A stretch of DNA of 64,000 bases from assembly GCF_016432865.1 (NCBI RefSeq), contig NC_067399.1, forward strand, positions 607,972,001 to 608,036,000, given 5' to 3'. This document shows positions 1 through 10,846 of the stretch, piece after piece (within the stretch, counting starts at the first letter, position 1; the number at the start of each line of letters is the position of its first letter). The notes below the pieces were generated by a model. The model was not told the DNA's origin. It searched no databases and saw nothing but the letters and a program-made list of their open reading frames with translations. This stretch comes from Antechinus flavipes (lineage: Eukaryota). The position numbers and the translations under genes are program-made.

Positions 1-344
1 ATGTGATTTGATGGGTATGTGTGTGTGGGTGTGTGGGTGTGTGTCTGTGTGTATGTAGAGAGAGAGACAGAAACAGACATACACACATAATGTGCTGTAG
101 TGCAGCCAGATCAGAATAAACATAATTTGACTTTCTAAGTCAATATAGGGTCTGCAAGCATCCTTGCACACAGTTTAGTTGCCTCCGTACTCCACTCCAA
201 TGCAGACAAGAGGACTTGCCTGATGCCAGTGAAAGAACAAGTTCAAAGAGTCTCTCAATTTGATTGTGCTATTTGTCCCATTATCTTCGATGTTTAAAAA
301 ATGTGTGTGTGTGTGTTTAAAAACCCTTTGTTTTGCTTATACAG

Positions 345-434
345 GTTGCTTGCACAAGTTTAGATGTGGATTTGGTGTGTATATCAGTAACAGAGAAATT
401 GCCATTTTATTTCAGAAGACCTCCCATTAATGTG
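345..434 (+). CDS. RPP30: RPP30 coding exon, 90 nt (human exon 6 equivalent)
   Basis: acag|GTT ... GTG|gtaagt; VACTSLDVDLVCISVTEKLPFYFRRPPINV. Confidence 0.97.
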
Positions 435-3400
435 GTAAGTCTGGTATCCTTTAATCAGATGTGTTTTTCATTAAAGTGAAAGTTAAGAAAAAGGGAAAGA
501 TCATTAGAGCAGAAGAGGATTACTTTTAGAGTAATATCTTTTTTATGGCTGAAGAAGGAGGAAGTTCAATCTTTTAAGATTGAATAAGATAAATTATAAG
601 AGGTACATTTTTTCAGAAATAATTGGATATTATCAATATATGGAGTAAGAATACTGAAAAAAGAAATTGAAGAGAATGAAGGAGAAGGAAATAAAGATGC
701 TTAGACCTTCTGTAAACAGCATGAGAACTTTTCATCACTCTAGAGATTGTGGACTAGAGGGAGAAGCCCTGAGGATTTCAGGAGCAGAAATTCAGACCTG
801 GAAGAAGGGTTGGGAAGTTGGGCTCCCTTGTTTCACAGATGAGGAAACTGAAGCCCAAAAAGATGCCAGTACCCTGGTAGTCAGTAGGAGAGCCAAATCC
901 AAGCTTCTGTCTTCTTCCAAAGCACAGCACACATCTCCCAACATCTTCATTTATCAAATGAAGAGTTGGATTCAGTAATAGGTCTTTTAGTACTCTAAAT
1001 CCATGATCCTTTGAATCCAAATCCAGTGTACTTTCACTTTATCATATAAAAATAACCTTATAAAACAAAAGTTTTCCTGCAAAAAGGAACTCATGGAAGA
1101 ACTGAAATGAAAGCTAATAAAGTCATCTCATGAATTTCCCCTATTTGTCTTCTGTTCCATCCTATTTTCTCTCTCCTTCCAGGGTCACATTTGTACCAAA
1201 TATGTGACCTAACTTCAAAACTGTTTAATAGAGTTAGCCCATTATATCATATTTGGCGAATTTGATTGGTTAATACTTGTTCTTAGTACTGCTCATTACC
1301 AGAATTTTAAAAAGCAAGGGTTTTCAAGTTGGGGTTTGTGAACTTTTATGGATAGATACACCAGACATACATACACCCACACCACACATACATTTTAATA
1401 ACTATTTCATTATAATTGATTTTCTTTGTTATCTTGTGTGTTTTATTTTATGCATTTAAAAACACTATTCTGAGAGGGGTCCTCAGACTTCATCTGAAGA
1501 ATGCCTCTTCTAGGCATTCTGTGCAAGTGAACTGAAATGACACAAAAAATTGTTAAGAGTCCCTGCTGTAGAGGAATCTGGACCCTCTGGCAAGTGTGGT
1601 GATAGCAATAACAAGTTCACCTGGACAAATACCCAAACTATCTAAGGTTGTTCTACTGTAGGGTAGATTTTAATGTAATTTGTTAATTTCTTAAAATTAG
1701 GGTAGCATCTAAATCAAGAGTTCCTAATTTTGTAATTGTAAACTTTTTTTAAGAAGTCTTCATAATTGTATTTCATTATAATTGGTTTCCTTTATAAAAA
1801 TGTGTGTGTTTTCTGTTATATATTTAAAAACATTTTCAGAAGGAATCCATTAGCTTTATCAAATTGCCAATGATATCCAATTAGTGAAAAAAAGATTCAG
1901 AACTGATTTAAATGGAAAAGGTTTAGATGATATTTTTTTTTATTACTATGAAAGTATAATTCAAGGGATTTTAGTATTTTTATGTTAATTTTCAAACCAG
2001 TTTTTACACCTTTCTCCTTCATCAAAAAGCTTCTTGATTCTTCTTCACTTTCTGCCATCAAAAACTCAGGTCTTCTTGACTCCAGATGCGGCAATGTATC
2101 CATTTTGCCACATAGCTGCCCTAAGCACTATTACACAGTAGTTTACTTGGGAAAGATCTGTGTGTTTGGTTCGGGAAGCTGCAGACTCAGGGTTCATCAT
2201 CAGGGGCTAGGCTATATTGAGAGTTACAGTGTCTAGGAGCAGAGAGGTGGCAATAGTTCTGGGTTCTTCTTTGCTCAGGCCACTACTAGAGGACATAATT
2301 GGGGAGAGATAGCTAATATGGTCAGAATCAACAAAGATGTTGACAAAAACTAAAAGCATTGGATTGAATTGGTGAGATATAATTCACGAGGGGAGAGATA
2401 TGGTTAAATGAAAGTTTTGGAAAAAGATCTGAGGAGTCTCAGGGGACTACCCTGAGTCAGCAGTGTGCTCTGATATTCAGAAAAGCTAATGTGATCTTGG
2501 GCTTCCTTTATGCAAGTAGAGATAGTCTCCAAAAATAAAGAAGTGATAGTCCTCTAAACTCTTCTATAGTCAAAATCCCATTGGAAAATATGGTTCTGGG
2601 AGTTGTAATAGAAAAAGGACATAGGGAGGCTGGACAAAGAAGAACCAAGTCCCACTTTTGTGAGGATCATGAAGGAACTAGCAGTGTTCATTCTGGAGAA
2701 TAATGTCCTGATGATTGTTCAGTGATCTGAAGGGCTGTCTCCTGGAAGAGGGGCATCCAGTCTGGCTTTGTCTGGCCAAACAAGGAACATTGAGTAGAAG
2801 GTGCAAAGAAGTGTAGGGTTTATGTCACAGAAAATGGCTTTTCAGTGAGAGCTCTCCAGAAATGTCTTCGGAATTGGCAGGTTTCCATTGCTTAGATAAA
2901 GGCCTTTAAGCAGAGGCTGTGTGACTATTTTCCAGGATGCTCAAAGAAGGCACTCCTCTGAGTCATGCTGTGGCCTCAGTGGCCACTCTGGCCCCCTCCA
3001 ATGCTCACATTTTGTGATTCTGGTATAATGAAAAGAGCACTGTGTTTGAATTGGGAGTTAAGTTTAAATCATAGCCGTGATACTTAGTAGTTGTGTGGCA
3101 AGTGTTAAGTCCTGTCATCTTTCTGATACTTAGTTTTCTCTTCTGTAAAATAGAGGAGAGTTTTCTTCAACAACTCTATGAGTTAAGAAAGCATTTTGTA
3201 ATTCTTTTTTTCTTAGAGGATTTGGATGTAGGAGCTTTGACTTAATCATCTTTTTGATTGTATTTTGATCTTCTTTGTCACGACAGTAACTTTCTGTGAT
3301 CAGAAACTTTTTTGTTGTCTGCTCATTTTCCTAGCCTATTATTCAGCTTTTAACTCTTTGTTAAAGTAGGACTCTTTCCAGGGTGGAGGGTGCAGTGTCC

Positions 3401-6400
3401 CAAGCTTCAGTAATTTTGTGCAACTATTTTCAGAGATCTTTCTGGGGACCTGACCACAAATCCTCTTCTGAAGTAGAGCTGTTAGGAATGTCCCTATCCC
3501 ACTGTAGCCTTAAGGTCTAGTGTGCTAAAGTAACAGAATTCAGCTTTGCTGGGGCTAAGTGCCCCACTGAGTGTTGACTCCCACCACATTGCCACAGACC
3601 CTCTCTGCTGACCTTCCAAGTCCTTCCTTGTGTCCCCAAGCCAAGGGGTCCAGAGGCCTCCAGCCCCTTCTTGCTGATGCTAGTGGGAGAGATGAAGAAG
3701 GGAGGAGCGGGGAGCGGTACTGCACCTCTCCCTGATCTTCTAAGTTGCCTGCAGCTGGAAAATGTTCTGCTTTTGTCTTTTTGGGTATTCTGGTGCTCTA
3801 AAATTTGGAGTCATTATTTTAAAGGATTTGGAGTGGTTTGGGGGAGAAGTTGAGCAAGTCCCTGCCTTTACTCCACCATCTTGGCTCCGCCTTGCATTTT
3901 TTGATTCTTAAAGTCTTGTGTAAAACGGCATTCATCATTGTCTCCTTATCTCCTATTGGGAAGAATCATACCAAGGAGTCCTTAGTTTCATTCATTCACC
4001 AACTATTTGTCCAACTGTAACTTATTCTGAGGGAATCCTCTAACTTGGTAGTATATATTTATCCTCATTTCATCATCATCATCATCATCATCATTATTAT
4101 TATTATTTTTTTGCTGAGGCAATTGAGGCTAAGTGATTTGCCCAGGTGTGATCCGTGATCCTGTTAAGTGTCTGAGATCAAATTTTAACTCAGGTCTTCC
4201 TGATTTCAGAGCTGGAGCTCTGTTCACTGCGCCACCTAGCTGCCTCCCTCATTTCATTCTTTAAGAAAGATTTGACTGTTAAAATTAGGACTAAATGAAA
4301 AAACAAATAGATGTGTACAGTGGAATAGGATGATTGGATATTTTCCGTTTATCTTTTCTTATTGCTGTTGTTTGTTCAGGCAATTGAGCGAGGCATAGGC
4401 TTTGAAATTACTTATTCTCCTGCCATCAAAGACTCCACAATGAGAAGATACACCATTTCCAATGCTCTCAGTCTGATGCAGATCTGCAAAGGGAAGGTAT
4501 GTCTGTGCTCTGAGAAAGTATTTCAAATACTAACAGGTTAATTCTTCCTGATGCAGTTGGATCAAATTTCCTGCCTTTATACCAGTAATTAATACAAAAA
4601 GTATTCAGGGTACAAAAACAGATTATATCACATTATGGGTTATTTTCAGGTTTTAATGAGAAGAGAAATCTTGAAAAGCCTGATTTACAAACAAAACCTT
4701 GTAGACATCAGGCCTGCATTGAGAATTTAGTGTTTTGGAAGAAAGTGAGAAACAGTGTTTGTCTTTAGTAGATTGAATTAAAGTTATCTGACCTTTCTCA
4801 ACCTTTTTGATCTCGTTCAGCTTTTCTGAGTTTTTCTATTTAGGAAAAAAAAAATTATATTTCCCTTTTTGAGCATTTTTAGTTTTACATTCTTTTCTTC
4901 CCTCCCTTGATTTTTACCTTGTTGAGTTTGAATAATTTTGCATCATTTAAATCATCTGAAATTAATTTCAATGACTTTTATTTTGTAGAATGTAATTGTA
5001 TCTAGTGGTGCTGAAAGGGTAAGTCTCATTGCACACTTTGTTTTGTTTGGCTTAAATTTTTAAAATGCTGTCTAAAGAAAAAATTAAATAGCAACATTAT
5101 CAGTGCTGGGGTACCTTGTTCTAAAGAAAAGATCCCTCATTGCACTTGGAATCAGAAGCCTTGGGTTCAAGTTCCAGGTCTCTGGACAAGTCACTTGGCC
5201 CTATTATTCTTAGTTTTCTCACCTATAACATGGAAATGATGTCTAGGGTCCTTTTCTTATAGGTTTCTAGCAGAGAGAAATGTTTTAACTGTAAAATATA
5301 TTTTACTATGAAAATTATGGAAATCACAGCCTGCTTAACTATAGTATTATTATTTTTCTTGTCCTATTGCCTTTTTGAGTATCCAGCTAATTATTTACAA
5401 AGCAAATTTTTGAAATGTTATAAATAACCTAATCACAATTTTTTTTTTTTTTTGATTTTCAGCCTTTAGAAATAAGAGGACCATATGATGTAGCAAACTT
5501 GTATCCTTTTCTAAAATTGTTGTGTCATTGAAGATTTTGGCCTGGTGAATAGAAATAGCAATGCAATCTAAAATATTTTTCCATAAGTTTTTGAGATTTT
5601 TAGGATGGTTGTAGTTTATTAATTTTATATTCAAGTTATTTAACGATCACTGCTTTTGCTTAATTTGAGAATTAAAAAAAAACAAAACTGCTATACATTC
5701 AGTTAGAAAATGTTAAGTAGCTAGTCATTCTAGTTAAACCTCTGATGAAACTCTGCTGATGACTAGAGAAATATTAGACCAAAGAGAAGTGCTTCCTTAA
5801 AATAGTTTCACCCCTAGATTTACTAATTATCTTTATTCCAGAGTTCAAGATTTTATTTGGGTGATGTAAGGATGAGATGTGGACATACAGAGACTGCCAG
5901 TTTAAAAAACAACTTAGAAAACAGTGCATTTCCTATATGTCTATATAAAGAATTTTGAGTTTCATTTTTGTGAGTTCTAACCCATCTTAAGGCATCTTTT
6001 GTTGGCATGATATTGTAATTCTTAATGAATTGGCAGAGGCTTGTTGTTTGGACTCTCTGAAAGTGATGCTAAGGCAGCAGTGTCCACAAATTGCAGGGCA
6101 ACACTTCTTCATGGAGGTAAGTGGGATGCTGTTTTACAGACTTGAAATAGATTTTCCCTTAAATTTCTGTGCCTCTGGTTTTGTTTTTGTTCAAATAATG
6201 CCAAAGATTTTCAGTTAAAAATCTGTATTTTCTAATGCAGTCAGGAAGTGTTTATTAAGCACCTGCTGTGTTTAAGGAACTTTGTTAAATGCTGGGCATA
6301 CAGGAAGAGATAAAAGACAAAAAAAGGGGAGGCACAGTTTGGTAGCACAGCGGATAAAGTGCCAGTCTTGGAGTCAGGAAGATCTGAGTGCAAATCTGGT

Positions 6401-9317
6401 GTCAGCCACTCGGTACTTACTAGCTATGTGCCTGTGGGCAAGTCATTTCACTCCAATACCTTCACTAGTAATAATAAAGACAGTCTCCACCCTGAAGGAG
6501 CTCACACATTGGTCTGCTAGCTTTTCCTCACAGAAGATGCTTCCCTCTCTGTCTCTTACTGCACAAGGAAAATCAGATCAAAAGGGAAAACAAACATGAT
6601 AAAGAAAAAGAAAATGAGACTATCAACAACAAAAAGGGTGAAAATACTATGCTTTGATCCACAGTTTCCATAGTTCTCTCTGGATGCGGATGACACTTTC
6701 CATCACAAGTCTAGTGGAATTTCCTTGAATCATCTCATTGTTAAAAAGAGCCTTAGTTTAGTATTTTAATTCCCAAAAACTATGTTTAAAAAATATACTT
6801 TTAACAGTCTCAGTATAATTAAGTTGTTGTGCAAGTTAACCTATACATTGAATATGTTAAAAAAGAATTCTGATCTTTTTTTTTCTACATATGACCTAGT
6901 GAATCTTGATTGCTATTCAAAAATTAGTTCATAATATCAAAATAGAGCTACATTTAAAATTTGCCACTTTTAAAATCACATTCTCTAATTTTTTCTTGCA
7001 AAGATGTTATCCAAACCTAGAAGCATTACCCAAATAAAAAAGAATTTTTTGCTTCATAATAAGTTAATTTCATTATTATTTCATTCTTTTCACAAACCTT
7101 TTCAGGTGAACTTTTCTCCAGTAATTTCTTCATTATTCTTTAGAGAAAATTTAAGTGTGGTAAGAAGGTGCATTTTGTTTCACTTGCTCACCCGCAGTAA
7201 CACAACACAATAAATCATAAGGGTGAAGGGACTGTAATGATACAGAAATGGGAATGAGCCAGGCAAAGGTAATGCTATAAAAAGAAATCCTACAAATCTA
7301 TAGGAGGAAAATTATTGTTCCTTGATGAGTTACAGACTGTAAAGTAGAATTTTTTTTAAAAGGTAATTAATGAAATTTCTTAAAATAATTTACATACAGA
7401 AGTTGAGTAGTTCTGTTTGCATTGAATCAGTTTAGCTTAAGTTGATTCACATGGTTAAAAAAAAGTAGATATTAGAACCATTTTAAAGATAAAGATTTAA
7501 GATAATCTGTTTTATGTTTTTACTTTTGCAATTTTGCTTTGTACTCTATTCTTGTTTGGACTCTATCCTTTATGGTCTTGGTGTTATGAATATACATTTC
7601 CAAATTCATCATTATTTTCCACTTTGGAAAATGGAAATCATTAGCATTTTCCATTTATTTAAAAAAACTCTAGTCTTAATTGTATATAGCATTTAAATGA
7701 CCTTGAATGAGATTCTATCTTTAATATAAATCATACTTTTAAATGGATCAAGGTATATAGACCCAAGCAAGTTAGCCATGCTAAGTTGTAAGGAAGCACT
7801 CATTTTTTTTTTTGCATTTTTTTTCATCTCTTCATTTAAAGAGTAATAATTAAACAGATCTATTGTCATCAATAACTAACATTTACTGAAGGCTTATAAG
7901 TATATAGGGCAATTCATTAGATTGATTGCTTTGAAAACAGAGATAGAAAACAAATATAAAGTAGGCAGATATAGAAACAATCAGTAGTGCAAGGTAGTGT
8001 CTGTGCTAAAGGCTTGGTATAGACTGAAAATTTCCTGTTGGGTTACTAATTCCTAAGAGTGGTTGTGATTGCGGTGGGTCTCATGATTGAAGTGGAATTG
8101 AAGGTGGGTTTTAAAAGGAAGGAATATGCTTGGTAAGTGGTTAGGAGGACCTTCCCAGCAGAGGAAATAGTACTGCCAAGAGAGTAATGGGCTTCCCATT
8201 GCCAAAAGGAAAAAGCCCTTTAAAACCTGGTCCCTATATTGTGTTACAATATTCCCTCCCTATATCCTTCCCAGATTGGTAGACAGTAAAAAGCTTCATA
8301 TTTGGAGTCACAAGAACTGGATGTAAGCCCACCTTCGGACCTTTGCTGGCTGTGTAATCACAGGCAGGTGTTTAACTTCTGACCTTTATTTGTGCCCCAT
8401 GCTTAGCCTAGTGCCAGACACAGAGACGGCACTTAATACTTTGTCAACTATAAAAGTGCACGATGGGACAGTGAGCCACTTCCTAGGTAGTTGTGAAGAA
8501 AGCCCTTTGAAAGCCTTAAACACTGGGCAGCTGTAATCTGTTGTTCCCTCATGTAAGCCTCTCAAGACTGGGGCCCTTTATAGAGACTGTCGTCATACTA
8601 TTCGTGTGGATTGTCTCAGCCCTGAAGGTGGTCAGTATGGTCAGGAGTGCTTGGGAATGGGTGGACAGTGACTGAGACAGTGTCTGGACGGACATGGGTC
8701 AGCATGAGGGTGTACAGTAGGGAAGGAGGAGGAGAAGGAGAGGAAGAAAAAGAGCTAGAAGAGTATCAGAGAGGTTTCTTTATACCTGCACCCTTCTTTG
8801 TGTCACTGCAAATGTGACTGAGCTTATAGATGCCTCGTATGCTCTGTTACTATGTCAGGTTACCTTAATTTGGAACACTGATCACACTACTCATGAATCA
8901 GTGTTCCTGTGTAAATAGGAATATGATAATACTTTAAATACGGCTGATAATATTTAAGCCTAAGGGAAGATCTGGTTCCTTAGTTTATACCTTGCAGGTA
9001 ATTTAAAATTTATCAGGGCACTTTAGTGATGGTTGGTGATGAGCATCTATTAAAGTATCTGGTGAAACCGGATATAATAAGTATCATTAGATCTGTAGCA
9101 GTTTTCTTTCCAACTCCAGTAACTTAGTAGGATATTGATATTTTATTAGTTGTTTTGTTCGTAAGTCAAGTTCACACAGATGTGTTCTATGTGATTTTGT
9201 TTTATTCTAGAAACTAGAAAAACTGCTTTTGGTATTATTTATACAACAAAGAAACCAAGAACAACTGAGGAGGATGACAGTGTTCCAGCCTGCAAAAAAG
9301 CCAAGTGTGAGAACTGA
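345..9317 (+). CDS. RPP30: Ribonuclease P/MRP protein subunit p30, 3' part (six coding exons; 5' exons lie upstream of the window)
   Basis: Exons 345-434, 4380-4496, 4989-5018, 5463-5500, 6037-6116 and 9211-9317 splice in frame to VACTSLDVDLVCISVTEKLPFYFRRPPINV/AIERGIGFEITYSPAIKDSTMRRYTISNALSLMQICKGK/NVIVSSGAER/PLEIRGPYDVANL/GLLFGLSESDAKAAVSTNCRATLLHG/ETRKTAFGIIYTTKKPRTTEEDDSVPACKKAKCEN*. This matches recalled mammalian RPP30, and the RPP30-ANKRD1 neighbourhood matches human. Confidence 0.98.
775..920 (-). mobile_element. MIR/CORE-SINE fragment
   Basis: CORE motif TTTCACAGATGAGGAAACTGAAGCCCA. Confidence 0.65.
1315..1565. mobile_element. hAT-Charlie (Charlie4z-like) non-autonomous DNA transposon
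   Basis: Ends CAAGGGTTTTCAAG ... GTTAAGAGTCCCTG with internal TTTTATGCATTTAAAAACACTATTCTGAGAGGGGTCC. Related copies near 1710-1860, 16330-16500, 21760-21965 and 45511-45708. Confidence 0.6.
2290..3022 (+). mobile_element. L3/CR1 LINE 3' fragment
   Basis: AAAAGATCTG...TGAGTCAGCAGTGTG...AAAAGCTAATGTGATCTTGGGC matches recalled L3 consensus; ends in TGTGATTCT. Confidence 0.7.
3200..3891 (-). mobile_element. LINE-1 5' UTR plus ORF1 start only
   Basis: Minus strand begins GGCGGAGCCAAGATGGTGGAG, a typical L1 5' end, and ends in a degenerate ORF1 N-terminal sequence. Confidence 0.75.
4105..4244 (-). mobile_element. WSINE1 marsupial SINE
   Basis: TTTTTGCTGAGGCAATTG...GCGCCACCTAGCTGCC; tail merges into a (TAT)n(CAT)n microsatellite at 4068-4105. 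Confidence 0.8.
4380..4496 (+). CDS. RPP30: RPP30 coding exon, 117 nt
   Basis: ttcag|GCA ... AAG|gtatgt; AIERGIGFEITYSPAIKDSTMRRYTISNALSLMQICKGK. Confidence 0.97.
4989..5018 (+). CDS. RPP30: RPP30 coding exon, 30 nt
   Basis: tgtag|AAT ... AGG|gtaagt; NVIVSSGAER. Confidence 0.95.
5463..5500 (+). CDS. RPP30: RPP30 coding exon, 38 nt, followed by a U12-type donor
   Basis: ttcag|CCT ... AAC TT|gtatcctttt; PLEIRGPYDVAN(L). Confidence 0.95.
6037..6116 (+). CDS. RPP30: RPP30 coding exon, 80 nt
   Basis: ggcag|A GGC ... GGA G|gtaagt; (L)GLLFGLSESDAKAAVSTNCRATLLHG. Confidence 0.96.
6235..6510 (-). mobile_element. L2 3' end interrupted by a CORE-SINE (about 6330-6460)
   Basis: TTTATTAAGCACCTGCTGTG...CCCTGAAGGAGCTCACA split by GGCACAGTTTGGTAGCACAGCGGATAAAGTGCCAGTCTTGGAGTCAGGAAG. 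Confidence 0.6.
9211..9317 (+). CDS. RPP30: RPP30 terminal coding exon
   Basis: ttctag|AA ACT ... AAC TGA; (E)TRKTAFGIIYTTKKPRTTEEDDSVPACKKAKCEN*. Confidence 0.96.
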
Positions 9318-9460
9318 CTAAAAGAGGCACCAGGACTTTAACCGGCACATCCCCCTCCTCTCATTGGCTGTCACCAACAATCATGAAGAAAAGACTTTGC
9401 CAGGCTCTCTGCTTGAATTTTATTTTGAAATCAATCATTTTTTTTTTTTTGTGCCCTAGT

Positions 9461-9872
9461 TAATAAAAAAAAGGAAAGAATAAAAGAAAAAAAAAGGAAG
9501 TAGACTAATGAACTACCACTAATAACCATAGTATCAGATAATTTAGATGACTGTGTGAATCATATTTTGTCTCTACTTGCAAGTAAGATGTTATGGAAAA
9601 CAAACACTTGACAGAATGTATTAATTAATTGAAATATTACTTTATCCTATTTCTTTTTAAATACTTTTATGCTTTTTTATACAATATCAGTAATTTATTT
9701 CTTCCATATTACTATTCAAAATAAATAGTATATTTAGGGGTATATTAAAATTTGCCATGTGAGTAAAACTTTTGTAATACTAACTTTGAGACATGAAGAG
9801 GAGATCTTTTTTATTTTAAAATTTTGTTGCAGAAAAGAAATATGTCAAGTTATTTGTTTTGATACAATAAAT
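9461..9872 (+). terminator. Candidate RPP30 polyadenylation signals
   Basis: AATAAA hexamers near 9461, 9479, 9720 and 9866 downstream of the stop. Which is used cannot be told from sequence. Confidence 0.45.
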
Positions 9873-10596
9873 ATTTCTCAACAGATACTCAAATGAGTCC
9901 TTTTACAAAGCATATTCCCCTTCCTCTCATGCCTAGATAAAAGAGAGAGCTTTCTAATCTTTATTATGCTAAGATTGACCATTGTTTTCCAATCTATTGC
10001 TTCTCATTGATTTAATTTATGTTCTTGAAGAAATCATATTGTTTGACTTCTGCCTCCTCACTCTGCATGACTACTTAAGTTTTCTTCCCATGTCTTTTCT
10101 GAATTCTTCACATTTGTCATTCTTTATAGTGTATTTATTATGTTATTTATGCACCATATTTATACATCATAATTTGGCCATTTCCTAATTATTTGGTATG
10201 TGTTTTGTTTCCAGCTTTTTGTTATCCTGAGTTATTTGGACATAGACATATTTTTGGTACATTTGGGTAGCTTCTTACTTTCATTAGCTATTGGAGAGTT
10301 AGTCTTCATAATGGAGTCTTGGGTCAAAATGTATGAGCATTTTAGTAACTTCTGTTCCACGATTTCAAATTGTTTTACAAACAAAGGAGCAAATTTATAG
10401 CTCCATGAGCAGTGAATTAACTTGCTGAGATAAGTTGAGGATCTATTGAGTAAGTACTGCTAAATCAACTAAATTAAAGAATTCAGAGATAATTATCTAT
10501 GGAGTTTGATTACACATTGCACAAGTTTTTCTGTATTAAAAAAAGAGAACCTAGAATATGACCTTCAACAAACTCATATAGGAATATAAGCAATAC

Positions 10597-10846
10597 AGAC
10601 AGCTAGGTTAGCACAGTGGATAGAGTGCCAGGCCTGGATTCAAGAACTTTCTCATTTCAAAACTGGCCTCAAACAGTAGCTGGGTGACCCTGAGCCAATC
10701 ACTTAGCCTATTTGTTTCAGTTCCCTCATCTGAAAAATGAGCTCAAGATGGATATAACAAGCCTGAAAATATCTTTTTCCAAGAAAATCCTAAATGAAAT
10801 CATGAAGAGTGAACACAGCTGAAAAACAATTGAACAACAACAAAAA
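10597..10846 (+). mobile_element. MAR1 marsupial CORE-SINE
   Basis: tRNA-like head, CORE, tail CCAAGAAAATCC...GAACAACAACAAAA. Other copies near 11840-11990, 42661-42846 (+), 43672-43828 (-) and 61618-61830 (-). Confidence 0.7.

Noticed and set aside
667-1020. Overlapping 103-aa and 80-aa ORFs in an RPP30 intron
   Set aside because: They run through a MIR element and have no coding signature.
9299-9317. RPP30 C-terminal cysteine as a CaaX prenylation motif
   Set aside because: The terminus is KCEN, so the cysteine is third from the end, not fourth.
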